Made by a program: the position numbers and the translations under genes. Of a stretch of DNA of 64,000 nt, positions 1-11,275 are shown piece by piece. A model generated the notes under the pieces. That model did not search any database, was not told where the DNA came from, and saw only the letters and a list, made by a program, of their open reading frames with translations. This DNA is from Rhodobiaceae bacterium (GTDB lineage Bacteria > Pseudomonadota > Alphaproteobacteria > Rhizobiales > TMED25), in contig JABIEF010000071.1 in assembly GCA_018651345.1 (NCBI GenBank), forward strand, positions 500 to 64,499, in the 5' to 3' direction. Positions within the stretch are counted from its first letter, which is position 1, and every line of letters starts with the position of its first letter.

Positions 1-1
1 T

Positions 2-583
2 CAAGAGTTTTTTACAATTTCAGAAATGATAGATTTATTCAAAATAGAAAAAGTTAATAAATCTCCATCGAGATTAGATTTTAAAAAATTAACAAATATG
101 AATAGTAGTTATATAAAAAATAAAGATAACAATGATATTTTAACAATAATAAAAAGTTATCACCAAGAATTGGGCGCTGATTTAAGCGATAAAAATATAG
201 ATAGTAAAATACTAATGATAACACCCTCCCTTAAAGAAAAATCCAAAACAACAAATGATTTAATTACATTAAGTTCCTATCTAATAACAAATGATCCAAT
301 TGTAATCAGCAATGAATTGCTAGATACTTTCAAACAAGAAACAGATCAATATTTAACTGATACTGTAAACATAATTAAAAATATTAAAAATTGGAATTTA
401 GAAGAGATTGAAATTTCAATCAAAGCTTATGTAACTGAAAGCAACATAAAACTTTTCGAATTAGCTCAACCATTGAGAATAATACTAACTGGCTCAAATG
501 TATCTATTGGTATTTATGATATAATATTATCACTTGGCAAGAATCTTGTTATAGATAGAGTAAATAATTATTTAAAAAATTAA
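2..583 (+). CDS. gltX: glutamyl-tRNA synthetase, C-terminal part (5' end outside window)
   Basis: The frame is open from the window edge (codons from nt 2) to TAA at 581-583. The sequence (SPSRLDFKKL, LAQPLRIILTGSNVSIGIYD) looks like the C-terminal anticodon-binding domain of bacterial GluRS. gltX-gltA adjacency is common in alphaproteobacteria. Confidence 0.75.
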   Translation, partial: QEFFTISEMIDLFKIEKVNKSPSRLDFKKLTNMNSSYIKNKDNNDILTIIKSYHQELGADLSDKNIDSKILMITPSLKEKSKTTNDLITLSSYLITNDPIVISNELLDTFKQETDQYLTDTVNIIKNIKNWNLEEIEISIKAYVTESNIKLFELAQPLRIILTGSNVSIGIYDIILSLGKNLVIDRVNNYLKN

Positions 584-681
584 CTTTATAATTGATTATA
601 TATCAATACTTATATAAAAAAGTACTTACATAAAGATAAAGTACATACATTAAGATAATATTTCGCATGGGAGCAAATAAA

Positions 682-1989
682 ATGACTGATAGCAAGAAAA
701 GTAATAATGGTCCTGCGTTCATAGAACATAATAAAAAAACATACGAATTACCCGTATATGAACCTTCTATAGGTCCAAAAGTTATAGATATATCTAAATT
801 ATACGCTCAGGCTAATGTATTTACTTACGATCCTGGTTTTACCTCAACAGCTAACTGTGCCTCATCTATAACCTATGTTGATGGAGATAATGGTATTTTA
901 TTGTATCGAGGATATAAAATAGAAGATCTAGTTGAAAATGCAGACTTTCTTGAAGTGTCTTATTTACTATTAAACGGCAAACTACCTAATAATAAAGAAA
1001 AAAAACAATTTGATGCATCTGTTACAAACCATACGATGCTTCATGAACAAATGAGTAAGTTCTATACTGGATTTCGTAGGGACGCGCATCCAATGGCAAT
1101 CACGTGTGGCGTAATAGGAGCTTTGTCGGCATTTTATCATGATTCAACAGATATAAACGATCCACTACAAAGAATGATTGCAAGTAGAAGATTAATTGCA
1201 AAGATGCCGACAATCGCTGCTATGGCTTATAAATATTCTACAGGTCAACCGTTTGTATACCCAAGAAATGATCTAGACTATGCTTCTAATTTTATGCATA
1301 TGTGTTTTTCTGTTCCTTGTGAAGATTACCATGTTAATGAATTACTCTCAAAGGCAATGCATAAAATTTTTATCTTACATGCTGACCATGAACAAAACGC
1401 TTCTACTTCAACAGTTCGTTTAGCTGGCTCTTCTGGAGCCAATCCATTTGCATGCATAGCTGCCGGAGTAGCATGTTTGTGGGGACCTGCACATGGAGGA
1501 GCAAATGAAGCAGCCTTGAACATGTTAGAAGAAATTAAGACTGTTGACAGAATTCCTGAATATGTAAACAAAGCTAAAGACCCTAATGATCCTTTTAGGT
1601 TAATGGGGTTTGGTCATAGAGTTTATAAGAGCTATGATCCAAGGGCCAGAATAATGCAAAAAACTTGTCATGAAGTATTAGACGCCCTCAAACTAAAGGA
1701 CGAGCCATTACTTCAAGTTGCAATGGAATTAGAAAGAATAGCACTAGAAGATCAATACTTTATCGATAAAAAATTATATCCAAATGTAGATTTTTATTCA
1801 GGTATAACTCTCCGTGCTCTTGGATTTCCCAAAGATATGTTTACAGTATTGTTTGCTGTAGCAAGGACAGTTGGCTGGATATCGCAATGGAACGAAATGA
1901 TAGAAGACCCAGAACAAAAGATAGGTAGGCCTCGGCAGCTGTATACAGGCGATATAGATAAAGAATACGTAAATATCGATAATAGATAA
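682..1989 (+). CDS. gltA: citrate synthase
   Basis: Carries citrate synthase signatures [25 protein letters not shown] and NVDFYSG. ATG 682 is preferred (GGGAG 8 nt upstream) over the in-frame ATG 667. Confidence 0.97.
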   Translation: MTDSKKSNNGPAFIEHNKKTYELPVYEPSIGPKVIDISKLYAQANVFTYDPGFTSTANCASSITYVDGDNGILLYRGYKIEDLVENADFLEVSYLLLNGKLPNNKEKKQFDASVTNHTMLHEQMSKFYTGFRRDAHPMAITCGVIGALSAFYHDSTDINDPLQRMIASRRLIAKMPTIAAMAYKYSTGQPFVYPRNDLDYASNFMHMCFSVPCEDYHVNELLSKAMHKIFILHADHEQNASTSTVRLAGSSGANPFACIAAGVACLWGPAHGGANEAALNMLEEIKTVDRIPEYVNKAKDPNDPFRLMGFGHRVYKSYDPRARIMQKTCHEVLDALKLKDEPLLQVAMELERIALEDQYFIDKKLYPNVDFYSGITLRALGFPKDMFTVLFAVARTVGWISQWNEMIEDPEQKIGRPRQLYTGDIDKEYVNIDNR

Positions 1990-1992
1990 TAT

Positions 1993-3246
1993 TTACATCA
2001 AATAATTTGCAATAATCTTTGCTGCTTTTCTACTTGGATTGTTTGTTTTAGTGTACATTTTATCGGCAATATCATCTAATGCTCTTAATTGCTTAACTCT
2101 TTCATGCGTTTCTTCTAACAGTGGCATAATCTCATTCGCTATTCTTTTCCCCGTGCACTTTATTTGAAACAATTCTTTAATTGGTAATTCGCCGTGAATA
2201 ATATTAGCGAGTACAATTGATTTTATTGGAATAAAAAATCTAACAAACGAAATTAACCATTGCGTCTTATAAGCAACCACCATAGGAACTCTAGCCAAAG
2301 ATACTTCTAGTGTTGCTGTTCCAGAGCATACTATTGCCGCACTTGCATTTAACATTTCTTGTTTTTTTTGTTTATTATCCGTAATAATATGTGGTTTGAG
2401 AATCCAATTCTTTGTATTTTCTTTAACATAATCTTTTAAATTGTCTAATGTTGGTATAACAATTTCTATTTTAGGATATAGTTTTGATAAATGTATCAAC
2501 GAATCACCAAAGGGTCTAAGTAGTTTTTTTACTTCACTAATCCTACTACCAGGCATCATTATTATTTTTATATTATCTCGAGGAAAATTATTTACATTAA
2601 CGGACCTTTGAGCCATATCAAGCTGAGGAAAGTCTTCAATAAGCGGATGGCCCACATAGGTACATTTTGGACCATTTAATTTATTGTACATTTCTTTCTC
2701 AAAGGGCAGAATAGATAAAACATGATCAATATACCTATTCATTTTAGTTGCTCTATTTTTTCTCCAAGCCCAAATACTTGGAGAAACATAATTGATTATA
2801 ATAATACCAGGTAAGGACTTCTTAACCTTAGCTGCCACTCGATGACTAAACTCTGGGCAGTCAATTATAATTAAAATTTTCGGGTTATTTGATACTATAT
2901 GACTTTTTGTAAAGTTTATTTTTCTTATAAGGGATTTTAAATTAAATATAATTCCAGAAAGTCCTATTATAGATATATCTTCCATAGGAAATATAGAATC
3001 AAAGCCTGCCTTTTTCATATTCTCGCCACCTACACCAAAATATGATTTAACATTTATATAATTACTTATTTCTTTCATAAGCTTAGCACCTAAAAAATCA
3101 CCTGAAGCTTCCCCTGCTATAATAGCAACTTTTATTTCATTTTTAGTATGATTCAACCCTGTCTGCATATTTGCTGACGATAGAACGAACCCATTCTTGA
3201 AGATCGGATCGTCCTCCGAAAGTTCCTTCCAAATAATATTCTCCAT
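1993..3246 (-). CDS. lpxB: lipid-A-disaccharide synthase
   Basis: Has the GT19 N-terminal motif KVAIIAGEASGD and full-length LpxB-like sequence in the lpx cluster. The start is uncertain: TTG 3297 (longest ORF), ATG 3246 preceded by GGAAGGAG (chosen), or ATG 3168 (closest to the usual LpxB N-terminus). Confidence 0.9.
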   Translation of the reverse strand: MENIIWKELSEDDPIFKNGFVLSSANMQTGLNHTKNEIKVAIIAGEASGDFLGAKLMKEISNYINVKSYFGVGGENMKKAGFDSIFPMEDISIIGLSGIIFNLKSLIRKINFTKSHIVSNNPKILIIIDCPEFSHRVAAKVKKSLPGIIIINYVSPSIWAWRKNRATKMNRYIDHVLSILPFEKEMYNKLNGPKCTYVGHPLIEDFPQLDMAQRSVNVNNFPRDNIKIIMMPGSRISEVKKLLRPFGDSLIHLSKLYPKIEIVIPTLDNLKDYVKENTKNWILKPHIITDNKQKKQEMLNASAAIVCSGTATLEVSLARVPMVVAYKTQWLISFVRFFIPIKSIVLANIIHGELPIKELFQIKCTGKRIANEIMPLLEETHERVKQLRALDDIADKMYTKTNNPSRKAAKIIANYLM

Positions 3247-3287
3247 TAGGATACTCCTTCCAACCTTTGCCATCATATCAAGATTCT

Positions 3288-4127
3288 CTATGGACAATTA
3301 AATGGCCTCGCAACTAAAAATATATTATATTCATTCAGCAACCTGCACACTTCAATATAATCATAAACAATTACACCACCAGCTGATATTGCTATACCAT
3401 TTAACCCTGCTTCATAAACTTTTTGTATTGTGACAGGGCCAATTGTTGGCATATCAATTCTGTTGTCTTGTACTTCTTGTAAGCATTTTATAAAAACTCC
3501 ATTAATAGATTTTTTTTTTCTATTTTTTATCGCCACCACTCTTTCTAACATCATATCCGTACCTTCGGCAGCCTCAATCGCAAGCACTCTTCTATCCTCT
3601 ACAACAATACCTTGGCCAATATCTAAGTTACCAAGCATTCTTGCCACAGAAAAACCATACTCTATATCCTTTTCATTATTTTTATTTGGTGCAACGTTAG
3701 AAATAATACTCTCTTGCAATACTAACTCACTTGCTATCTCATGAGTGCCATGCACTACAAAATCTTTTTTTTCTAAAAAATCTACTACCTTAGAACACAT
3801 AGAAGCATCACCGCGTCTAAAAAAATCTCTATTTTTTATAGCCCACAGGAGCAAACTTAACCCAATATCTCTTTTCCATTTATAAGGTCTATCTACATAG
3901 CCTATCATAAGAATATCTTTAATATTCTTATTTTTTAAAGTTCTAATAATCTTTGTTACCTCTGTAAGATTAATTTTAATATTAGGATATTTATCTAAAG
4001 CCTTATCCGCTTCGCCGTTCAAAGATACAATAAATACTTTCCAGCCACTTTTTTGAGCGCTATCAGCTACCTTCACAGGTATTAAGCCCCTCCCTGCTAA
4101 AATAGCCAATTGTTTATCTTTATTCAT
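3288..4127 (-). CDS. lpxI: UDP-2,3-diacylglucosamine hydrolase, LpxI type (DUF1009 family)
   Basis: This 279-aa protein has LAILAGRGLIP at the N-terminus plus LDIGQGIVV and AIEAAEGTDMML motifs. It sits between lpxA and lpxB, the position LpxI occupies in Caulobacter and other alphaproteobacteria. Confidence 0.8.
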   Translation of the reverse strand: MNKDKQLAILAGRGLIPVKVADSAQKSGWKVFIVSLNGEADKALDKYPNIKINLTEVTKIIRTLKNKNIKDILMIGYVDRPYKWKRDIGLSLLLWAIKNRDFFRRGDASMCSKVVDFLEKKDFVVHGTHEIASELVLQESIISNVAPNKNNEKDIEYGFSVARMLGNLDIGQGIVVEDRRVLAIEAAEGTDMMLERVVAIKNRKKKSINGVFIKCLQEVQDNRIDMPTIGPVTIQKVYEAGLNGIAISAGGVIVYDYIEVCRLLNEYNIFLVARPFNCP

Positions 4128-4137
4128 ATTAGAAGTA

Positions 4138-4950
4138 TTATTTTATTATATTTTTATCTGACGGAAGGCATAAATTACGATTAGGTTTATCAAGAATAAA
4201 ATTCGCTAGATCACTGACTTCAGCTACGTTTGGGTATTCATTTAAAACCATTTTTGTTCTATCTATGATTTCGCTATTATGACCATTAAAGATAGTTTTA
4301 TAACAGGCTCGTAGCAATGAAATGGTTTCTTTAGAAAAATCTCTTCTTTTTAACCCTATTAAATTTAATCCTGATAATTGACAACGTCTTAAAACTCCTT
4401 TTGCTATACCAAAAGGAATTAAATCTTGCTCAACACCTGTCATTCCAGCTACAAAAGCATGTTTTCCTATTCTAACATGCTGATGTAACGCAGATAGTCC
4501 ACCGATAATAGCGTAATCACCAATCTCAGTATGCCCTGCGAGCGTTGCTTGGTTAATTAAAACAACATTGTTACCAATAATACAGTCATGCGCTATATGA
4601 GCAGATACCATAAAGAAACAATCATTTCCTATTTTAGTTATAGAATTTCCGGTAATAGTGCCAGAATGAATAGTAACGTTTTCTCTAATTAAACATCTCT
4701 CGCCAATAACAAGATAGGTTATATCATCGCTATGTTTTAGATCCTGTGGAGGAAAGCCAATAGATGCAAAGGAATATATATTACTATCTTTTCCTATTGA
4801 GGTATGCCCAGAAATAACTACGTGAGGATGTATTGTTATACCATCTCCTAATATAACATTTGGACCAATTATAGAATATGCTCCAATAGAAACATCGTTT
4901 CCAATTAAAGCTCCGTCGTGAACAATACTAGTTGGGTGCATATTGGGCAT
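4138..4950 (-). CDS. lpxA: UDP-N-acetylglucosamine acyltransferase
   Basis: Hexapeptide (left-handed beta-helix) repeats fill the N-terminal two thirds, followed by a helical C-terminus. It is 270 aa and lies in fabZ-lpxA-lpxI-lpxB order. Confidence 0.92.
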   Translation of the reverse strand: MPNMHPTSIVHDGALIGNDVSIGAYSIIGPNVILGDGITIHPHVVISGHTSIGKDSNIYSFASIGFPPQDLKHSDDITYLVIGERCLIRENVTIHSGTITGNSITKIGNDCFFMVSAHIAHDCIIGNNVVLINQATLAGHTEIGDYAIIGGLSALHQHVRIGKHAFVAGMTGVEQDLIPFGIAKGVLRRCQLSGLNLIGLKRRDFSKETISLLRACYKTIFNGHNSEIIDRTKMVLNEYPNVAEVSDLANFILDKPNRNLCLPSDKNIIK

Positions 4951-4952
4951 AA

Positions 4953-5423
4953 TTATCGTTTTTCTGTAACCATAGCACTGATCTCAGCTTCTGCTACAAT
5001 ACTTCCTGAAACCAATCCTTGCCCCTTATATTTCCAAACATTACTTCTTTGTCTTATTTTCGTTAAGTGATAATAGACTATATCACCAGGAATTACAGGC
5101 TTACGGAATCTAGCCTTATCTATTGTCATAAAATACACAGATGGTGATGGACCTAAATCACCAGAAGCCATCATACATAAGACAGCTGCAGTTTGGGCCA
5201 TCCCTTCTATTTGCAAAACTCCAGGCATTATAGGATTACCAGGAAAATGACCTTGGAAATAAGGTTCATTAATTGTTACATTTTTAATGCCAATCGCATA
5301 ATCATCACCTCTCATTTCAATTATCTTGTCTATGAGTAAAAAGGGGTATGCGTGTGGCAGCAATTTAGAAATTTGGTTAATATCTGCAGTTTTAATTTCT
5401 TTACTTAATATAGAGCTATTCAT
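4953..5423 (-). CDS. fabZ: 3-hydroxyacyl-ACP dehydratase
   Basis: Carries hot-dog dehydratase motifs [11 protein letters not shown] and [18 protein letters not shown] 5423 is preferred to the TTG at 5444 used by the ORF track. Confidence 0.94.
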   Translation of the reverse strand: MNSSILSKEIKTADINQISKLLPHAYPFLLIDKIIEMRGDDYAIGIKNVTINEPYFQGHFPGNPIMPGVLQIEGMAQTAAVLCMMASGDLGPSPSVYFMTIDKARFRKPVIPGDIVYYHLTKIRQRSNVWKYKGQGLVSGSIVAEAEISAMVTEKR

Positions 5424-5490
5424 ATTACTTTTTACACTTCCCAAAAATATATATTATCAATTATATCTAATATATAAAAAAAATATATAA

Positions 5491-6513
5491 TTATTTTCTA
5501 GAAATTCTAGCAAGCGCCTTAACTTCTCTTAAATATTTATCAATAGACCTATGTGGCCTTCCCGCTACTCTTTCAGCATCATTAACATTATGCATAATAC
5601 CAGAACCAGCAGCAATTTGGGCATTGTTACCAATTGACAAATGTGGAATTACTCCGGCTTGCCCGCCAAACATAACACCGTCACCAACTTTAACACTACC
5701 TGATATACCAACCTGCCCTGCAACACCACAATAACGTCCGATGGAAACATTATGAGCAACGTGAACCAAGTTGTCTAGTTTACTACCTTCTCCAATAATA
5801 GTATCCTCAAGGGCGCCCCTATCTATTGTTGAATTAGCACCAATTTCAACATTATCCTGAATTACAACTTTTCCTATTTGAGGAAATTTAACAAAACCAC
5901 TTTCAGATAAAACGTACCCGAATCCATCTTGACCAATTCTAGCGCCAGGATGTATTATTACATTATCACCTATTAACGTGCACATTATTGAAGAATTAGA
6001 ACCAATAAAGCAGTTTCTTCCAATACTTACATTATTTTCAATTACTACGTTCGATGAAATAATAGATGAAGCGCCGATTTCTACTCCAGTTTTTAGCACA
6101 GCACCATGTTCTATAGTAACACCCTCTTCAATTAAAACACCTTTTTCAATAATTGCATCTTTACTAATTTTACCAGAACCTTTTGTAGCTTTGCCCCCTG
6201 GGTAGAATAAAGACAAAACCGTAGCGAATGATAATTCTGGGTTATTTGTAATTATAGGAATAACAGAATTTGGCAGTTTTTTTATAAGATCAGGTGTTAT
6301 AAAACATGCCTTCGCATTTAGAATGCTTATATTTTTAATATTAGCATTCCCAGACAAGAAAGTTAAATCTCTTTCTGTAGCAGTCTGAGAAGAAGATACA
6401 TTTTCGATAAATATATCAGTATTAACGGACTTGATTGTATGAGATCCAGTTAATTCTATAATCAATGATAAAGAAATTGGCTTTGATATTTGAAAAAATT
6501 TATTTACCGACAT
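5491..6513 (-). CDS. lpxD: UDP-3-O-acylglucosamine N-acyltransferase
   Basis: It is 340 aa, with an N-terminal domain followed by long hexapeptide-repeat region ([19 protein letters not shown]). The lpxD-fabZ-lpxA order is conserved. Confidence 0.92.
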   Translation of the reverse strand: MSVNKFFQISKPISLSLIIELTGSHTIKSVNTDIFIENVSSSQTATERDLTFLSGNANIKNISILNAKACFITPDLIKKLPNSVIPIITNNPELSFATVLSLFYPGGKATKGSGKISKDAIIEKGVLIEEGVTIEHGAVLKTGVEIGASSIISSNVVIENNVSIGRNCFIGSNSSIMCTLIGDNVIIHPGARIGQDGFGYVLSESGFVKFPQIGKVVIQDNVEIGANSTIDRGALEDTIIGEGSKLDNLVHVAHNVSIGRYCGVAGQVGISGSVKVGDGVMFGGQAGVIPHLSIGNNAQIAAGSGIMHNVNDAERVAGRPHRSIDKYLREVKALARISRK

Positions 6514-6570
6514 TTTATACTTTCTAATAAACCAAAAACTCTGAATAACATATTCAATTAATTATATAAA

Positions 6571-8865
6571 TTAGAACTGCGTTCCTCCAGAAAATTGGAA
6601 AAACTCTGTTTTATCATATGTTTGTTTATCAATAGCTTCAGTAAAATCAAAACGCAATGGACCCATAGGGGAATCCCAAAACACCGTTGCACCGACAGAC
6701 GTACGTAAAGAGTTTGATCCTACGACAGTAACGCCGTCAACAACAACGTCACTATCATACAAAGTTCCTGCATTTAAATGAAAGCCACCAGACATTCCAA
6801 AAGAAGGTTGAAGTCCTGGCATTGGGAATTTTACTTCGGCACTAGTTAAAAAATAAGTATTACCTCCAAAAGCATCCTTAGTAGAGTTATCTCTTGGGCT
6901 TATCCCCCCTGGGGCAAAACCTCTTAAAACCCTGCCTGGATCTTTAAAAGCATTCTCAATACTCACACCTTTATTTCCTAAATCATGCACATGACCTGCG
7001 CTAAATTGTAAATTTCCGACTAAATCGTCAGATAATTTTTGAAAATATGCTCCCGATAAGTCTGTCCTTAAAAACTTAACATCACCACCTATCCCTGCAA
7101 AACTCTGGTTAAAAGATAATTTTATGCCTTCAGTAGGATCTAAAAAATTATTCAAAGTATCATATGTCAAGCCATAACCAACTTGAGATTCATCACTTTT
7201 TCCAGCTGTTTGTTTTGTTGCAGTTGAAGCTGAAGCCGGAATTCCATACACTTCCTTATGTTTAAAACTATAATTAGTATTTAAATTTAAATTTTTACTT
7301 AATGGCAGACCAAATCTAATTCCAGCACCAACTGTACTAGTAACATAGCTCGATGAATCTGTAGCATCGTATTCCTGACCGTACAAATCAAAACCAAAAA
7401 GAACAGGTGAGTTATTCAAACTTGGCTCAACAAAGTTCACATTTACCAAAGATCTTTCACTACTAATATTTGTGCCAACTGAGAGGTATTGACCCTTGCC
7501 AAGAAAGTTTCTTTCTGAAAGAGAGGCGGTACCACCAAATCCAAATTCAGAAGAAAAACCAGCGCCGAAAGACAAAGAGCCCGTTGTCTTTTCTACAACC
7601 CTAACAACGATAATTTTCTTATCTTGTTCAGAACCAGGTATTGTTGTTACGTTAACTGAACTAAAAATACCAAGGCTATTTAAATTACGCCTTGATCCCT
7701 CTAAATAAGTCTTATTTAGTGCGTCACCTTCAGATATTTCCATTTCTCTACGAACAACATAATCATAGGTTCTCTGATTACCAAATATATCAATTCTCTC
7801 AACATATATTCTTGGTCCATCGAATATGTTATATGTTATATCTATTGTTTTACTATCTTCATTTTGGACTATATTTGGCTGTACATCAACAAAAGCATAA
7901 CCAAGTTCTCCTAATTTATCAGTAGTCATTTGAATGGATGTGTCTATTTCAGAAGAACTATATTTATCACCACTTATTGTTGTAATTACCTGAGCTAGAG
8001 GTGACATAGGCAAACCATTTATATTATTCTGAATTTTAACTTCACCAAATTTATACTTCTCTCCTTCATTAATTGTAAATGTAATAAAGAAATTCTCAGC
8101 ACCCTTATCTAGCTCCGCAACAGCGTTCTTAACTTCAAAATTTACATAACCATTGCTATTATAAAATCGCTTTAATAGTTCTTTATCGTACGACATTATA
8201 TCGTTGTCATAAGACCTACCTGTGCCAAGGATTCTATCAATAAAATTAGATTTACGTGTAGCTAGAACTGCAGTAAGTGCCTTATCAGAATAGCTTTTAT
8301 TACCTATAAAATTTATATTTGATATTTTTGTAGTAGGGCCCTCGGTTATCTCAAATATCAAATCAATACGATTATAATCTAAAATTATAATCTTAGGGTC
8401 AATACTAATTGAAAATAGCCCAGAAGCTCTATATGATGAAATAATTTTTTCTATATTATCTTGAATTTTTTTTCTTGAATATGTGCTTCTAGCCTTTATA
8501 GAAACTAACGCGGCTAAGGTATCGTCATCTATAGCCTTATTACCTTCAAAAGCAATCCTATTTATAACATAGTTTTCTTTAACTATTATAGTTAAAATAG
8601 TATTTAAATATTCTATTTTAACGTTAGAAAATAGATTAGTCTCATACAAAGACCTTAATGATTCATCGGCAAGAATCGTAGTATATATATCGTTTACGTT
8701 AATGTCAGAATAGCTAATTATAGTATTAGATTCAACCCGATTATTACCAATCACCTGAATATCAGATATTATATGCTGATCCGCAAAAGACTTTGATGGC
8801 GAATATGAAAGAAATGCCAAAAAAATAAAAAATGAACAAAAGAATTTTATTGAATTATTTTTCAT
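6571..8865 (-). CDS. bamA: outer membrane protein assembly factor BamA
   Basis: Has a signal peptide (MKNNSIKFFCSFFIFLAFLSYSPSKSFA), POTRA-like repeats and a C-terminal beta-barrel ending in FQFSGGTQF. ATG 8865 is preferred to TTG 8877. Confidence 0.93.
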   Translation of the reverse strand: MKNNSIKFFCSFFIFLAFLSYSPSKSFADQHIISDIQVIGNNRVESNTIISYSDINVNDIYTTILADESLRSLYETNLFSNVKIEYLNTILTIIVKENYVINRIAFEGNKAIDDDTLAALVSIKARSTYSRKKIQDNIEKIISSYRASGLFSISIDPKIIILDYNRIDLIFEITEGPTTKISNINFIGNKSYSDKALTAVLATRKSNFIDRILGTGRSYDNDIMSYDKELLKRFYNSNGYVNFEVKNAVAELDKGAENFFITFTINEGEKYKFGEVKIQNNINGLPMSPLAQVITTISGDKYSSSEIDTSIQMTTDKLGELGYAFVDVQPNIVQNEDSKTIDITYNIFDGPRIYVERIDIFGNQRTYDYVVRREMEISEGDALNKTYLEGSRRNLNSLGIFSSVNVTTIPGSEQDKKIIVVRVVEKTTGSLSFGAGFSSEFGFGGTASLSERNFLGKGQYLSVGTNISSERSLVNVNFVEPSLNNSPVLFGFDLYGQEYDATDSSSYVTSTVGAGIRFGLPLSKNLNLNTNYSFKHKEVYGIPASASTATKQTAGKSDESQVGYGLTYDTLNNFLDPTEGIKLSFNQSFAGIGGDVKFLRTDLSGAYFQKLSDDLVGNLQFSAGHVHDLGNKGVSIENAFKDPGRVLRGFAPGGISPRDNSTKDAFGGNTYFLTSAEVKFPMPGLQPSFGMSGGFHLNAGTLYDSDVVVDGVTVVGSNSLRTSVGATVFWDSPMGPLRFDFTEAIDKQTYDKTEFFQFSGGTQF

Positions 8866-8956
8866 GTAACTACTCAATTAATTAAACCTTTAAAAGGATG
8901 TAATAGTATTAATAAAACAAAATTGTTCATAATTAGTAAACGTTTCAAAAAAATAA

Positions 8957-10087
8957 TTAAAAAATATTTAATTGAATTAAATCATTCCAGGTAGCATAAA
9001 TCATTAAAAAAATAACAAATCCAAGTCCTATACGAAAACATATTCCCTGGACTTTCTCGCTTAAAGGTTTCTTCCTTATTGCTTCTATAGCATAAAAGAA
9101 CAAATGACCTCCATCTAACATAGGCACCGGGAATAAATTAATCAAGCCAATACTTACAGAAAGTAGGGCAGTTAAGCTAATTAATGGAGAAAATCCCATT
9201 GACGCAACTTGACCCGATATTTGGGCTATACGTATTGGTCCCCCTAGCTGATCAGCAGATTCTTTTCCAACAATTATCCCTCCTATATAATTTAATGTGA
9301 CTTTAATAATATTATAGGTATCAGACACTCCCATAATGAATGATTTGTTGATAGGGTATTTTTTTATTATAACATTATCTTGAGTTAAGCCTCCAGAAAT
9401 TCCTAAGACCCCTACCCCGGTTACATTGCCTGACTTGTCACTAGATTCCATAACACCAGGAGTTGCCAAAATAACTATTTCTTGATCATTTCTATGAACC
9501 GTGAATGTTAACTCTATTCCCGGGTTAACTTTTACAATTTGAGGAATATCACTAAAATTATTAATATCTTTATCATTTATTCGGACAATCTTATCTCCAA
9601 CATTGAAGCCTGCTACTTCAGCAGCACTCTGCTCTTTTATGTTTTCAACTATAGGCTGAACCATTGGTTTTCCTATAAAGGTATATAAAAAAGAAAAAAG
9701 AATTATTGCTAAAATGAAATTAGCGATAGGGCCGGCGGCTACAATTGAGGCTCTTGCTATCAAAGACTTATTATGAAAACCATTAATATTTTCATCTTTA
9801 TCTAAATTATTATTAATTGAACTTGTAGGATCCTCATCGTCTATAAATTTTACATAGCCACCAAGTGGAATCCAGCAAAATTTCCACCTTGTATTTTTAC
9901 TATCCACAAAACCAAATAACTCTCTTCCAAATCCTACAGAAAAACTTTCAATATCAACTTTATTATAGCGTGCAACAAGAAAGTGACCTAATTCATGAAA
10001 GAAAACCACAACAGTAAGAACAAACAAAAAAGGTATTGTATATAGAAATGCATTTGAGGCATACTGAGATAGCGATTGGATATCCAT
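8957..10087 (-). CDS. rseP: RIP site-2 zinc metalloprotease RseP
   Basis: Has the HELGH zinc motif in the first TM segment, a central PDZ-like segment and the C-terminal NLFPVPMLDGGH motif. Confidence 0.9.
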   Translation of the reverse strand: MDIQSLSQYASNAFLYTIPFLFVLTVVVFFHELGHFLVARYNKVDIESFSVGFGRELFGFVDSKNTRWKFCWIPLGGYVKFIDDEDPTSSINNNLDKDENINGFHNKSLIARASIVAAGPIANFILAIILFSFLYTFIGKPMVQPIVENIKEQSAAEVAGFNVGDKIVRINDKDINNFSDIPQIVKVNPGIELTFTVHRNDQEIVILATPGVMESSDKSGNVTGVGVLGISGGLTQDNVIIKKYPINKSFIMGVSDTYNIIKVTLNYIGGIIVGKESADQLGGPIRIAQISGQVASMGFSPLISLTALLSVSIGLINLFPVPMLDGGHLFFYAIEAIRKKPLSEKVQGICFRIGLGFVIFLMIYATWNDLIQLNIF

Positions 10088-11275
10088 TTACACAACACTC
10101 CCAACGATTTTATTTATACTTTTCAATGCAGATTCCTCCGATAGTGTTATAATTTCAAAGATGTTATTCAGATCATCAATCTTAAGATTTATTAAGTTAC
10201 AATCATTTAATGACATTTCTACTACCTTAAATATATCTAAAAATTTAATTTTCTTTAACAAGAATGCGTTTACAGCAATTTCATTAGCTTTATTATACAC
10301 AATAGGAGCCCCTCCTCCAACTTCTATAACATTACGCGCCAAAGAAAGAGCTGGAAATCTATCTAAATCAGGATCGTAGAATGATAAATTTTGAATTTTT
10401 GATAAATTTAACTTTTTAATAGCATCAGGCATACATTTTGGCCAAAAAATAGCAGATGATATAGGCAACCTCATATCCGGATTACCCAATTGAGCTATAG
10501 TAGATCCATCTTTTAAATTAACCATAGAATGAACTATTGATTGAGGATGGATAATCACATCAATATCTTGGTGTTTCATGTTAAATAAGTAGCAAGCTTC
10601 AATAATCTCAAGGCCCTTGTTCATCAATGTCGATGAGTCTATTGTAATTTTTTCACCCATAACCCAAGTTGGATGCTTTAACGCGTCGGATGGAGTGATG
10701 TGCGCCATATCACTTTTACTATAATTGAGAAATGGCCCACCTGATGCGGTAATAATGATATTTGCAATATCTTTTTTATTATATTTTTCAAGAATATTAA
10801 ATATTGCACTATGCTCAGAATCAATAGGTATTATCTTTGTACCGTTATTCTTAGCCAATGCAAAAAGCATTTTACCACCAGATACAATGCTTTCTTTATT
10901 TGCTAATGCTAGTATAGCAGCATTACCTATACTTGAAAAAGTTGATGCAATACCTGCATTCCCTGAAATTGCAGATACAGTAACATCTGATTTAATGCTT
11001 GCTATTGACAATATAGAATCATAACCAGATTCAACAATTATTGACGTTTTTTTAAGTAAATCTTTTAACTTTATATAATGATTCTTGTTACCAATAACCG
11101 CATATTTAGGATTAAATTGTAACGCCTGCTTTGCTAGCAACTTATAATTATTATTACCGGTAATTGCGTGCACATCAAACGATGAATTTCTTTTAATAAC
11201 ATTTAGAGTATTCGACCCAACAGAGCCAGTTGAACCTAATATAATAATTTTTTTCAAACTATTAATATCGCTCAT
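10088..11275 (-). CDS. dxr: 1-deoxy-D-xylulose-5-phosphate reductoisomerase
   Basis: Has the N-terminal NADPH-binding motif ILGSTGSVG, plus DSEHSAIF and LKHPTWVMG motifs. It abuts the rseP start. Confidence 0.95.
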   Translation of the reverse strand: MSDINSLKKIIILGSTGSVGSNTLNVIKRNSSFDVHAITGNNNYKLLAKQALQFNPKYAVIGNKNHYIKLKDLLKKTSIIVESGYDSILSIASIKSDVTVSAISGNAGIASTFSSIGNAAILALANKESIVSGGKMLFALAKNNGTKIIPIDSEHSAIFNILEKYNKKDIANIIITASGGPFLNYSKSDMAHITPSDALKHPTWVMGEKITIDSSTLMNKGLEIIEACYLFNMKHQDIDVIIHPQSIVHSMVNLKDGSTIAQLGNPDMRLPISSAIFWPKCMPDAIKKLNLSKIQNLSFYDPDLDRFPALSLARNVIEVGGGAPIVYNKANEIAVNAFLLKKIKFLDIFKVVEMSLNDCNLINLKIDDLNNIFEIITLSEESALKSINKIVGSVV

